Positions 31,042 through 41,876 of a stretch of DNA of 64,000 nt are shown piece by piece (the first letter of the stretch is position 1; every line of letters begins with the position of its first letter). A model generated the notes under the pieces. It did no database searches, was not told the DNA's origin, and saw only the letters and a program-made list of their open reading frames with translations. Position numbers and translations under genes: made by a program. Source of the DNA: Candidatus Peregrinibacteria bacterium (GTDB lineage: Bacteria > Patescibacteriota > Gracilibacteria > UM-FILTER-43-11); assembly GCA_016699515.1 (NCBI GenBank), contig CP064978.1, forward strand, positions 682,554 to 746,553. Reading direction: 5' to 3'.

Positions 31042-34000
31042 TTAAGATGCGATAATCGGCTTCTTCACGATCGATGAAACATTTCCATCGTCGTCGTAAA
31101 AGAGTTCGTAGAATGTGTCTCCGCCTTGGTTGTGTTCGTAGACGAAGAGCTGATCGACCCGCAGCAGCATTCCTTCCGAGAACATGCCAATCTGACCTTC
31201 AGCGAAGTCCGAAGCTGTCACTTCGTCGATCAGTATCCAGACCGCGCCGTCTTCGGAGTAGAAATACTTGAAGCTGTTCGAGTCGCACTCGACTTTCAGG
31301 TGGTAGAAATCTTCCGTAGTCGGAGTGAATGCCATTTCTTCACCCAGCACCGTGTCCGTTCCCGCTTACACGATTCACGAACGAGATGCGTCCGTCTTTG
31401 CATTGCAGTCTGAGAAAATTCGAAGAGTCCTGATATTTGAAGATCAGACCATTCGCGTTTCCTCGGCGTGCATTGAACGCGCCCCTGTAAGTGAAGTTTT
31501 GGAAAAGGTTTTTTTCTCCGTCTGTCTTGAGCACGAGCAGTTTTTCTCCAACAGATTCGTCCGACTGCACCAAGTACTGGTTGGAATTTTCGATATCTTT
31601 TTCAATAAGCCACTTGCCATTTTCCACGTCGTATTTGCTGGTCAGTATTCCGTTGCTCTTAACAAGCTGGATCGAATCGAATGTAACCTGCGGATTGTTG
31701 TTGCCGTGTGTGTACCAGAACCGAGCCTGCTTTACCGAAGACCAATCGAATCCGCCGATTACAGAGAATGCCGACTTCGCCACTTCGATGTAGTTCCAAC
31801 CAAGCGCCAAGCTGGCGGCATTGATCACAGTTTCGGCCTCTTTTACGTCCTGCGTTTCCGATAGCTCAAGCCGAATAGATGTCGGTATTTCCGTTGCGAT
31901 GTAGACCCAGAACGCAATCACGTCGGTATTCGCCGAGCTTATGCCGTCTTCAAATTTCGTCAGGTCGAGGTTTAATGCATTGTCGTACGCGTATGAAGAA
32001 GCGGCACTCACTTTCCAGCCTTGAGTTCCAGTCTTGTAATTCAGCGCATCGGCTGCGCCTCCAATCATGGTATTTTCGTCGGTCTCGAATGTGGCAATGC
32101 GTTTGAAGAAGGAGCCGAACCCGTCGAATCTATCTCCTTCGCCAGTATTTTCTTCGATTTTAATCAGTCGATCAGAGACGTCGCGTTCGTACGTCACCGA
32201 TGTTTGCTGAAGGACGATATTGTCGAAGGCAGTGATGTTGCCGTTATCAAACAGCGCGACTTGCCCTGCGGTCGTGATGCTCGAATCGGTTGTACTGATC
32301 TGCGTCGTGAAGGTAATGCCGTCGAGCGAAGTGGAAATAACAATTGAAGTGCCGTTGAACGCCACGCGCAGCCAATAATCGGTATTGGCACTAATCACAT
32401 AAGCGACACTTTGGATCACTGTTCCCGCATTCTTCGCGAACTTCAGTTCCGTGCCAGTGAAGTACGCGTGATAACAGCTTGATGGCGATGTATAGCGCCA
32501 CTTGATTCCCGAGTTTGACGAACCTTGCAGACGCCTGATTCTTGCCGTAAATATTCCGTTCAAATAGTTTCGGCTTTGGTTTCCGAGCGAGAGAATGCTG
32601 TTTTTGTCGCCCGAAGCTTCATCTGTTTTGACGTATCGTTTCAATCCGCTGAAGTCATGAATTTCCCAGTATCCTTCGCTATTCGACCAGAAGGCGTTCG
32701 TGGTGTTTGCGTCTTTCGCGACTCGCATGCTGTCGGCGATAAAATCGGAGGCTCCGCCCGTATTGGTTGAGAATTCGAGTCGTACGCGAATGATGTTATT
32801 CCAGTTGGGAGCTCCGTTTTGGCTAAAGCTGCTCATCGGAATCGATACGCGGTTCCAACCGTTTTGCGTGATCTGGGAAAGAAAGTTGTTTTGAAAATAA
32901 TTTGTTGATGGCGTTGTCGATCCGAGCTGAAGCGTGGCCATGTCGATATTGGCCAAGGCGCTGACATAGACCCAGAATTCTATTTTGTCTGAACCAGAAA
33001 ACGCCGAGATGTTTTTGCTCGGAATATCTATGAGAAGCGTAGCTGTGCTATCGGTCGTGAGGCTCAATTTTCTGGCCTGCGTTCCTTGTTTGTATTCCGA
33101 AGTGTCGAACGAACCGCCCGTGTAAGTTTCGCCAGCCTCGTTATCAAAATTGGTAATCGCTTTGTAATAGCTCTCGTATCCTTGAAAGGCATCGTTCACC
33201 ACTTCTATGTTCTGCGAGTCTTCTTGAATCGCGTCTTCCTCATAACTGAAGCGGGTCATGATACTTTTTTCCGCTATCGCTTCGATATCGCCAGAAGACA
33301 GATAAAAATTAGTAGGGCTTTCGGTGATTCCGCTCAGTAACGGGTCGGCCGCGTGTTTATGCAGGTTCGTGAATCCGCCAGCCGTCAGGATGTTTAAGTT
33401 TGCTGCAGTCACGTCGGGAGACACGCCTTCCAAGGCTTGATCGATTTCATCGGCCGACGCATCTACATCGGCGAGTTTCTCAAGGTCGGTTTTTTCAAGC
33501 CCCGCTACGTCATGGAGCAAATTCAATTCATCAGCACTTGATTCGATTCCTGTCAGCGCGTTATTGAATTCCTCTTTGGTGACGGTGGTGTTTTCAAGAA
33601 TGTTCAAATCCTCGGCGCTGGCCAAAATGCCGTCTAAGGCAAGGTTGATTTCATCGATGCTGGCCGTCAGTCCTTCGGGGATTGCCTTGAATTGAACACG
33701 TTTCCTTTGGTCGGTAATTTTGGCGTTTGTTACCTGCGTAAACCCGTTTTCGACGGTCACCGTCGCCAGAAGGTATTTGTTTTGCAGGTCTGAACCTTGA
33801 AGCTGGACGATAAGCGACCCGATGTTTGAGGCGGTCGAATTGATGTCTTCCGCATCCATGTTCGCGTCAGGAATCGAGCAGCAAATTTCATAGATCTTCG
33901 GTGATCCCGAAGTGTTGTCTGGAATGGTCAGAACGGCGTCTTCCAAGTTGTGGAAACGCAACACGAATTCGTCATTCGTTCCGTCTCCATCCACATCCGT

Positions 34001-34225
34001 GCTTCGTTGCACGGCAAAATATGCAACGCCCGCCTTGATCCTCACGGTCTTATCCGGCACGGCTTGCGCCAATACTTGAAGGTCCTCGCCCAAATCTTCG
34101 GGCGACAGCGCGGTCTTGGAGACATCAGCCACGCCGTCAGTGAAAAAATCACGCTCGACGTTCTTGATGTCGATGTCCTGCCAATACGTGTTTAATGCGT
34201 TTAAGTATGAGACTCTGGTTGCCAT
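31042..34225 (-). CDS. tail fibre with coiled ELN repeats, two CBM-like and two LamG/concanavalin-like domains; frameshift at 31361-31363
   Basis: ORF 31340..34225 (961 aa) plus ORF 31042..31350. The last LamG-like domain is cut: ...ISFVNRVSG|TDTVLGEEMAFTPTTEDFYHLKVECDS rejoins if the G3 run is G2. The CBM-like blocks read IEFWVYV...GWNRVSIPMSSF and VIAFWVYI...GWNYIEVAKSAF. Confidence 0.6.
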
Positions 34226-34243
34226 ATGGTTGTTGTTAAAAAA

Positions 34244-35332
34244 TTAAGATTCGAGCTCTTCCACCCGTTGAGCGAGGTCGGCCAGTTTTTCATCGTCGCT
34301 CTTCACGCTCTTCGTGCCTTCCTGTGCGATTTCAATATTGATGGATTCTTCATTGTTGCGGCCGACTGTCACGGTGATGGATAAAATTCGGTGAATCTGG
34401 TCGAAATCCAGAATCCCGTGCTTGATGATCACGCGAACGCGGTCACCGATGCCGTAGTCGAAGAGATCAATCTTGCTTTTATTCGGGCTGATGCTCGGAA
34501 TCTCTTTTATCGGTTTGTGAAATGCTAAAAGCGCCTCTGCATTGGCGTTCAAAGTGTTCTGGTCTTCAATCTCGGTGAAGTAACGCACCTTTTCCAATAG
34601 TCCGAATTCGGCTATGGAGGCGTTGTCCTGCCGTACGGCGGTGATGAGATTGTTTTTTCCGTAGCAGACAATTTTATTGAAAAGCTCTTTGCCTTCCTGC
34701 AGCAGAGTAAAACCGTCAATCGAGTTGGCGTTTTGTAAATTTCTGATGAAGCGGAAAATCACGCTCGCGCTTTTATCTTCGCCGATCTGTTTTTTGCAGT
34801 TCAGTTTGAAGTCGGTATCGGTCAGTATTTCGCAAAGCGTCGCTTCCTCGATTTTTTCAAAGGCTTTGCTGGCCTGCATCTGGAAGAAGTCATGAGAGAA
34901 GATATCCGTCACATCCGTTTCGCCCTGCATTATTTCGGTATCATCGGTCGGGTTTATTTTCTGGTTCAGAAGCTCAAAGACAGCCAGACCGCCTTGCCAG
35001 TTGGTAAAACTTCTGGTCACCACGCGTTTATCGAACAGCTGGTAAATCCCTTTGCAACCAACTTCGAGGTTATTATCGTCAACGACTCTCACGGCTTCGA
35101 TGTATCCGACCCAAATTCTACGGACATCTGCCTTATCTTTCGGATTCACCCGATTGATAATCACGCGATTGTTCTTCTTGAGATTCTCGGCATCGGCGCG
35201 CGGATGAGCGAGCGGCAAATTGAACTTGGCCGTGTCTTTGCCCGTAAGCGTCAGCTTGAAATTCAACCCCTGCGGATTGAGGATTTTGCTGAAGGCCGTA
35301 TTGTTCTTGTTGAGAATGTCGATTGTGTACAT
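34244..35332 (-). CDS. baseplate hub / Tal-like minor tail protein
   Basis: 362 aa. The call rests on its position immediately after Dit. No enzymatic motif was seen. Confidence 0.45.
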   Translation of the reverse strand: MYTIDILNKNNTAFSKILNPQGLNFKLTLTGKDTAKFNLPLAHPRADAENLKKNNRVIINRVNPKDKADVRRIWVGYIEAVRVVDDNNLEVGCKGIYQLFDKRVVTRSFTNWQGGLAVFELLNQKINPTDDTEIMQGETDVTDIFSHDFFQMQASKAFEKIEEATLCEILTDTDFKLNCKKQIGEDKSASVIFRFIRNLQNANSIDGFTLLQEGKELFNKIVCYGKNNLITAVRQDNASIAEFGLLEKVRYFTEIEDQNTLNANAEALLAFHKPIKEIPSISPNKSKIDLFDYGIGDRVRVIIKHGILDFDQIHRILSITVTVGRNNEESINIEIAQEGTKSVKSDDEKLADLAQRVEELES

Positions 35333-35342
35333 ACGGACAAGG

Positions 35343-36284
35343 TTAAAGCCACGTGTCAGACCATTCGATCTGCGCGTATGAATAATTGTTTACAGGCGGC
35401 ACTCCGCTCTCTTCCAGAAACACCACTTCGTTTTCGCCTGAGAGCAAATAGAAAAACTCGCTATTATTTGTGAGTACCAGCAGGGCGTCTTCGGTTGATC
35501 CGTCTTCGCGGTATACGGTCGCCGTGCCGTCGAGAACATCGATTTTCAAATAGTCGTTGCCAACGAGCGTGCAGATAAACTGCATGAAGACGTCATAGGT
35601 TCGGTTCAATATTTTCGGGTTCACACACGGCGCATGAATCGTAATCACTGGCGATGCCGCAAAGTTTCCAGCATTCACCAAGGTCTTTTTGTAAACGTAA
35701 TTCCAGCCGATTTTCAGCGGCAGCTTGAACGGGATGATGATCTGTCCGCCCAAGATATCGGCCTTTATTTCTGGCTGGGTTTTGATTGATTGCGAAAGCT
35801 TTCGCGGTTCTTTGCACTTGAGCGCCACCATGAAATTGCGGATGAACGGAAAACCCAGTTCCTCAGCGTATTCAGGCATTTTGTCGACTTTCGCGAATAC
35901 CTTTTTTGCGATCCCGTCTTCTTCGGTAAACAGCAATTCACGGTAGCCGTCATCTTTGCTCGGCACTGCGCTCACGGTAAATGCCTTTTGAAGTTTATCG
36001 ACCAAGGCCACCATAGTTTCACGGTCGGGCGCGATGAGTTGTCCAGTGAATACCAAGGCTCGCTTTCCTACGAATGTGTCGTAATCCAGAATCCCATGTT
36101 GTCCTTGGCGGGCTTCCTCTGAATGGCGCAATTCAGGAGAATGGAATCCGCTCGGCGTATCGGTAAGACTCACAATGCAGCCGTTTGCTCGATCCTGCTC
36201 GGATACAAAAGGCGTACCCGTGAGAGCGTCCGTCTCAAGGTCGTTTAGGGTGATGCCGTTGTATGTGTAGGAAATTCCGAGCAT
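35343..36284 (-). CDS. distal tail protein (Dit-like)
   Basis: 313 aa, immediately downstream of the TMP. The N-terminus (ISYTYNGITLNDL...) is typical of siphovirus tail-family proteins. Confidence 0.55.
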   Translation of the reverse strand: MLGISYTYNGITLNDLETDALTGTPFVSEQDRANGCIVSLTDTPSGFHSPELRHSEEARQGQHGILDYDTFVGKRALVFTGQLIAPDRETMVALVDKLQKAFTVSAVPSKDDGYRELLFTEEDGIAKKVFAKVDKMPEYAEELGFPFIRNFMVALKCKEPRKLSQSIKTQPEIKADILGGQIIIPFKLPLKIGWNYVYKKTLVNAGNFAASPVITIHAPCVNPKILNRTYDVFMQFICTLVGNDYLKIDVLDGTATVYREDGSTEDALLVLTNNSEFFYLLSGENEVVFLEESGVPPVNNYSYAQIEWSDTWL

Positions 36285-36295
36285 AGTTTTTGTTA

Positions 36296-38664
36296 TCAGC
36301 TAAATCGCGCGCGCCATGCGAGCTCTCGCGCAGCAATTGAAAAATCAACACCTTCGCGTATGTTCTGCGTGATGTTCTGGTTGACCGTGCGTTGGTTGTT
36401 GTTGGTAGTGGCGCCTCTCACCAATCCGCCTGATTTGAATCCGCGTGTGCGAACAGCTTCCAGCTGGGAGATCACTCCAGCATATTTATCGACCATCCAT
36501 GCGGGAGCGACCCATTCGCCGCCGTGAACCACGCCAGCGATCTGATTTACTCCGCCGAAGGTGTATCCGCCGATAGCCCAGCTTCCTTGATTGACGGAGG
36601 CTTGTTCGCTTTTGAAAATATTGATCTTATCGAGTGCTCTTTGAACCCACGAGATGATGTTATTCACCGTGTTTTGAATGGTATTGAAAACGCCAGACAC
36701 AATGTTCACGACGTTGTCCCAAATCGACCTCCAAGCATTTCCGATAATGCTGATTCCGCCTTGGAATATGCCAGCGATAGCTTCAATGCCCTGATTGGCA
36801 AGGTCTTTGAGGGAATTCCAAGAGTTCACGGCAAAATCTTTTATGCCGTTCCAAGTCGTCGTCCATGCCTTATTTACTGCATCGAGTCCTGCATTAAACA
36901 GATTCTTGATGCTTTGCCAGATGCCTTCCAAGAAGCCGACAATCGAATTCCAAACGGCGATCGCCGATGCCTTGATGGCTTCCCATGCCGCGATAGTCGT
37001 TGCCTTGATTTGATCCCAATTCTTGACCGTAAAAATAAGGAGCTCGCTCAATCCGAAAGTGATGACCGCGAGCGTGGCGCGCAATGCGGCTTCCACATAG
37101 GGTTTGATCCATTCCCAGAAAGCGCTGACGGTTTGTTTTACTTTGTCCCAGTTTTGAACAAAGTAGATGACTATTTCGCTCAAGCCCCCTGTGAGTACGG
37201 CCAAAACGACACGAAGCGCCGTTTCCACATAAGGCTTGATCCACTCCCAAGCTTTCATGGTGTAGTCCACGACCTTATTCCAAACGTCCTGAACGAAAGC
37301 CGTGATCTGATCCCAGTTTTTGATGGCGACATAGATTCCCGTAATGAGAAGTCCGATGGCTACGAATGGCGCGGCTGCAACCGCTACGGTGGCTATCAAA
37401 CTTCCGAGCGATACGATCAGAGAAGGAATCACGGAAATTGCCAAGCCAGTCAGGATTGAACCCAACGCAATAAGCGCGCTTTGCACCCAATCATTATTTT
37501 CAACCCAATCCTTGAGCTGCTCGACGATAGCGGGAATCTTATCGATGAATGCAGTGATCGCCTGAAGTGCTTGATTCAAAGCTGGCAACATAGCACTGCC
37601 GACCTGAATGCTCAGTGTTTCAAGATTATTTTTCATTGTCTGCCATTGTGCAGACACAGTGTTCTTCTGCTTTTCAAAAGCCTCGGTGATGTTTTGCGCG
37701 CCGTTTTCCATGTTCGCCAACGATTCCGTATAAACACCATTCAGGTCTCCAGACAGCTGGACAACTGCGTTATAGGCTTTGATCGAACCAAAGATTGAAA
37801 TAATTGCGGCATCGTCGCTTTTCACGGCCTCGGTAATAGACTTAAAGGCATTAACCATGCCACCCTTTTTTTCCATCAGATCTTTAAATGACTTCGCCCC
37901 GAGCTGATCAAGTACTTTTGTAAGTTCCTTGCCTTCACGCGTTACGCCTGCAATTACAGATTTAAGTTCAGCGTTTGCTTGCGATGCGGGTAAACCTGTA
38001 GTCGTAAGAGCAGCAACGGCGCTGAGATATTCAGGAAGTTGGATATTCGCATTGGCCGCCATGGCAGCGACCGAACCGAATCCGTTGGCAAGTTCGGTAA
38101 GATCGGTTTTCCCAGCTTTCGCCGCTTCAAAGACGTATCCGTATACTTTTTGGGTTTCTTCACCATTGAGCTTAAAGGCATTGACCGCGCTCGTAACGAT
38201 ATCTGCGGCCTCCGCTGTAGTGCCGAGTGCAACTACACCAAGTTGAGCAGATTTCTCCAGCACTTCCATGGCGTCATCAGCCGAAATACCAGCGTCGCGA
38301 ATCTCATACAGTGTTGAAGTGAGTTCGGAAATTTGCACGGGCGTGCGTTTGGAAATATCTAAAACCGCATTGCCCATGTCCTTCATGCTTTCCGTATTCG
38401 TGTCGATAATCGTTGCGATATTGGTCATTCCTTTCTCAAACTCGACGGCGTTCTTTACCGAGATCGTCAAGCCAGCCGCGAGCGCAGTGGCTGCGGCGGC
38501 AATGCCCGTGAATGCTACCTTCGCGATCTTTTCCGTTGATTCGGCGCTGAGTCCGAATGTCTTGATCTCTTTGGTGGCATTTTGAGCGAGGACTCGAGGT
38601 CGGTCGTGTATCCCGTGATTTTGACCCCCAGTTCTCCGACGATATTTGCGGTTCCAAATGCCAT
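36296..38664 (-). CDS. tail tape measure protein, frameshift near 38585-38600
   Basis: A TP901-type TMP core is present (ISKRTPVQISELTSTLYEIRDAGISADDAMEVLEKSAQLGV, AAKAGKTDLTELANGFG). TM/glycine-zipper segments and W-rich repeats (WEWIKPYVE twice) follow. Translation from ATG 38664 gives MAFGTANIVGELGV..., which joins ORF 36296..38470 after a 1-nt shift. Confidence 0.8.
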
Positions 38665-38669
38665 GGTGT

Positions 38670-38924
38670 TTAAGGTTGGATAATGTTTTTAACTTCTTTC
38701 ATTGCCTCGAGCGGGTCTTTTTTCGGCTTATCCCGCTTGCCGTTTTCGGCTTCCAGCATGTCCATGAGGCAGGAGTAGTACATGAGGAATTGCCTGTAGG
38801 TGAGCCGAAGGAGTTTCCAGTGATCGAATCCGCCGTTGTAGTACCTGATCATCTGGGCGAACATCTCTCCAAGCTTTACTCTTCGTCCGCTGGTTTCTGG
38901 CTCTTTAAGAGCTCTTCCGTTTTT
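38670..38924 (-). CDS. T-extension of the tail assembly chaperone (expressed by frameshifting from G)
   Basis: This frame is open from just after the slippery region down to 38670 and has no start context of its own. It reads KNGRALKEPETSGRRVKLGEMFAQMIRYYNGGFDHW... Confidence 0.55.
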   Translation of the reverse strand, partial: KNGRALKEPETSGRRVKLGEMFAQMIRYYNGGFDHWKLLRLTYRQFLMYYSCLMDMLEAENGKRDKPKKDPLEAMKEVKNIIQP

Positions 38925-39213
38925 TTAAACCCAATTCCTTGAGAGGCTCAAAAAGCCACATGATGAAAGCGAGGCAGGTTTTGAAGCCCCAGCTTTCGAT
39001 TTCGTCTTTCGTGATCTTGTTGCAGTCCTTCAAGACCAAGTGAATCTGATCCACCATGGTCTGGAATTTGCTCACATTCGATTGCTCTAGTTTTTCGAAT
39101 TGGAGCATGGTTTTCATCTTGATGTCTGGCACCTTGTACTCCTTTCCGCCCACCTTGAAGACATCTTGGTCGGAGAGAAGTGCGTGGCTATCTGCATCGA
39201 ATATTCGGCTCAT
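38905..39213 (-). CDS. tail assembly chaperone G
   Basis: 102 aa, between the major tail protein and the TMP. It ends across GGGTTTAAAAAAAC. Confidence 0.6.
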   Translation of the reverse strand: MSRIFDADSHALLSDQDVFKVGGKEYKVPDIKMKTMLQFEKLEQSNVSKFQTMVDQIHLVLKDCNKITKDEIESWGFKTCLAFIMWLFEPLKELGLKKRKSS

Positions 39214-39230
39214 AGGTTAAGAGTTAAATG

Positions 39231-39998
39231 TTAAGAGACGCTTTGCTCATCTACGATTTCCTTTACGGTTCCAGAAAGCTCGATGGAGCAGACCATGATT
39301 CCGTCGCCGTCATCGGCTTGAAAAGGGGTGGTGAGCGGTTTGATGTTCGTAACGTTCTCAAGGTCAATTCGGAATTCCTTGCCGTCATTGTTCACGTTCA
39401 CAATGCGGGCTACTTTGTATGTTTTCGTGCCGCCTGTGTAAAAGGTCACTTTCTTGCTGGCATTCGGCGTGTAGGTGTAATCCACGAGCAAAGTGTCGCC
39501 GCTATCGATATCTCCACCTTCAACGCGGGCGATGCGGGTGTATCCGTCGGCTCCGATTTGCACGGTGTAGTCCTGATTGATGACGTAGGTGGTCACACCG
39601 CTTTCGTCGGTTACCACGATTCCCGTTACCACGGCGCCGTCGCCGTTCTTGTTCTGCAACGCTTTGCCGAGAACGCCAGTCAGCACAAGATTTTCATCGG
39701 TGATGTTCACAGGCGATCCTGCGATATTGGTTTGCACGACGAGTCCCGCGTCGGTGTATGCGAATGTGGTCAGGTCGATTTCGGCCAGATCAAAGACGAA
39801 TGACGCTTTGTTACCGTTCTTGAATTTCTTGATGGCGGGAACGTTATCGAAGGCGACCTCGATATTTTCCGCCTTGTGTTCGAACGACATGTTTCGGATG
39901 GCGCCCACATTGATGAGCGATCCGAAGTCGTCTCCGATGAAGAGGGTGACCGAGCCGTAGCGCAGCGCCTCGTTTCGTTGAATGTTCGTTTGTGACAT
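39231..39998 (-). CDS. major tail (tube) protein
   Basis: 255 aa. It sits between the tail terminator and the chaperones, and the C-terminal half looks Ig-like. Confidence 0.55.
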   Translation of the reverse strand: MSQTNIQRNEALRYGSVTLFIGDDFGSLINVGAIRNMSFEHKAENIEVAFDNVPAIKKFKNGNKASFVFDLAEIDLTTFAYTDAGLVVQTNIAGSPVNITDENLVLTGVLGKALQNKNGDGAVVTGIVVTDESGVTTYVINQDYTVQIGADGYTRIARVEGGDIDSGDTLLVDYTYTPNASKKVTFYTGGTKTYKVARIVNVNNDGKEFRIDLENVTNIKPLTTPFQADDGDGIMVCSIELSGTVKEIVDEQSVS

Positions 39999-40111
39999 AG
40001 TGATAAGAGTTAAATGGTTAATAAAAATGCCCGCATTGATCGCTTGGAAAAAGTTCCAAACTTTAGCGGGCTATATGCCTCGGTTTTTCCACCTCGCGGA
40101 CGGGTGAAATT

Positions 40112-40517
40112 TTATTGCTCGACTTCCTGTTCTTGGCGCAGATACGCGAACTTGAAGTCCACCGTGATTCGGCGAAGCGTGTTGTCTTCGCTGAATCCGT
40201 CAGCAATAACTTCGAGCCACGTATTTTTGACCTTCACTCCCGTGTTTCCCAGATCGCCTCGAAAGCGGTTCAAGTTATCCAGCAACCGTTCCTTCAGGTC
40301 TTCCAGCGTATCGTCGCCTTCAACCGATCCAACGAGGTCAAACTGGTAACGTTCAGTCACGCAGTCGATGTCATTCTGATTGACGGCGGAAATGCGCTGA
40401 TAGGAAATGAAAGGCAGGGCTGCCTCGGGAGCAAAGGTTCTGTAAACGCGGTCGCCCACGATCGCGGAGATCGCGGTCATTGGTCAGCTGTTCGTAGATG
40501 GCGGTTTTTAAGTTCAT
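40112..40517 (-). CDS. tail terminator / tail completion protein (DUF3168-like), frameshift near 40482
   Basis: Translation from ATG 40517 gives MNLKTAIYEQLTN. A frame change then joins it to AISAIVGDRVYRTFAPEAALPFISYQRIS. The pattern is typical of the family. Confidence 0.6.
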
Positions 40518-40519
40518 GA

Positions 40520-40870
40520 TTATTTTTTTAGTGAGTTATTAAAGGTTTCCCAGATTTCTTTGCCGTGCTCGTCGATGGCTCTTCGGAACATGGCGCGCGG
40601 TTCCATTTTTTGGTTACCGAATTCCACGTAAGGCGCATACGATACGTTTGTGCCCACGAAAGCTTCGACTTTGTCCTTTGCCTTGGAGATCACCTGCGTG
40701 TTGATGTTCGATTTCAGGTTTCCCGTTCGCACGGGAGTGATCTGTTTGACGAAGTATTCCGTCTTGAGACCAGCCTGCATCGTGGCCTTGGCGGTCTTTT
40801 CAGAGATTCCCTGAATGCCTCTTGCCAAGCTTTCCAACACGTCTGCGATTCCTGTTACTCGTATGGCCAT
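40520..40870 (-). CDS. HK97 gp10-family head-tail joining protein
   Basis: The motifs are VRTGNLKSNI and YAPYVEFGNQKMEPRAMFRRA. Confidence 0.7.
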   Translation of the reverse strand: MAIRVTGIADVLESLARGIQGISEKTAKATMQAGLKTEYFVKQITPVRTGNLKSNINTQVISKAKDKVEAFVGTNVSYAPYVEFGNQKMEPRAMFRRAIDEHGKEIWETFNNSLKK

Positions 40871-40872
40871 GG

Positions 40873-41205
40873 TTATGCGGTTACTTTGTTAAGCTGGAGC
40901 TCCAAATGGTCATAGTTCTGTTTGCCCATGACCTTGGCGACGAAGGCGATTTCATACACGGTTCCGTCGACCACGGCTCGCATTTTCTCGGTGATATCTG
41001 GGTGAAAGCCGAGAAAGAGTGTGTAGTCTCCGCTCGTGTACTTTTCAAGCGTCTCCGCTCCTTTGCGCATGCTGCCGTTGTTCGCTTCCAGCCTTGCGGG
41101 AGCGGTCAGTTTATCCGTCCATGTCTTTTGCACCACACCGCCGACATTGGAAGTATGCTGTTCTTGAATGGTCGCCGATTGTGTGAGCAAATCAAAAAAT
41201 GACAT
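40873..41205 (-). CDS. head closure / head-tail adaptor protein
   Basis: 110 aa. Position and the C-terminal pattern AVVDGTVYEIAFV fit the family. Confidence 0.5.
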   Translation of the reverse strand: MSFFDLLTQSATIQEQHTSNVGGVVQKTWTDKLTAPARLEANNGSMRKGAETLEKYTSGDYTLFLGFHPDITEKMRAVVDGTVYEIAFVAKVMGKQNYDHLELQLNKVTA

Positions 41206-41209
41206 GGCG

Positions 41210-41866
41210 TTAGACGTTAATATTCATTTTGCCCGTAAGCTTGCGGAAGCCTTTGAGCATTACTTTTATCGGCAACAGTTTGTCATCGATCGTTTCCGCT
41301 TGTGAGCTGGTTGATTTCTTGTAGCTGTAGTTGCCGATGGATTCCTCGACGATCTCTTCGTTGCCGTTATTGTCTCCGTTCAGGATCATGTCGATGAAGA
41401 GCGCAGTTGCCTTGGTGATTTCTTTCGGAATCACTGGGTACTTTTCCTCGTTATCAATATCTACAATGCGCGGGAACAACAGTTGCTGAGTTTCGTCGGC
41501 TTTTTCCCAGAATCCACAGAACGAATCGATGAACATTTCCGCCTCGCGGATTTTCTTTTCGATGGCATCGTCCGCAGGAGGAGTTTCGTTTCCCGAGTCG
41601 CTCAATTCCAAGTATTGCTTCGGCGTGAGATAGCGAATGGCATTGAGCCGTCCCGCCTCATTGGCGGTGTAGTACGAAACTTTTACCAAGTCATCGTCCG
41701 ACGGAGCAAAATCAAACTTGATCTTGTTCGGAGAAACTTCCCGATACTCATAAAAAAGCCTGCCGTTATACTCAATGCGGCATGTCCCGTTGCGGAAGCT
41801 GTTCTCGAGCGTGAACTCGGTTTCGCTTCCGTCTCCCGTGATGTTCTCGTGTTGAATGTAAGGCAT
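41210..41866 (-). CDS. putative head-tail connector (gp6-like C-terminal half)
   Basis: 218 aa. The call rests on position and on KKIREAEMFIDSFCGFW...LFPR. This is a weak call. Confidence 0.35.
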   Translation of the reverse strand: MPYIQHENITGDGSETEFTLENSFRNGTCRIEYNGRLFYEYREVSPNKIKFDFAPSDDDLVKVSYYTANEAGRLNAIRYLTPKQYLELSDSGNETPPADDAIEKKIREAEMFIDSFCGFWEKADETQQLLFPRIVDIDNEEKYPVIPKEITKATALFIDMILNGDNNGNEEIVEESIGNYSYKKSTSSQAETIDDKLLPIKVMLKGFRKLTGKMNINV

Positions 41867-41876
41867 TTTATTATGA

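Noticed and set aside
28611-34225. A diversity-generating retroelement targeting the fibre or propeller genes.
   Set aside because: No reverse transcriptase gene lies in the window, and I noticed no template/variable repeat pair.
36524-37459. Long antisense ORFs inside the big phage genes. Examples are 36524..37459 (311 aa), 54775..55596 (273 aa), 44832..45557 (241 aa), 34892..35473 (193 aa) and 62923..63510 (195 aa).
   Set aside because: They lie entirely opposite well-supported genes (TMP, TerL, Cas4-like nuclease, Tal-like protein, metK). They have low-complexity or Arg/Ser/Leu-rich shadow-like composition and no motifs.
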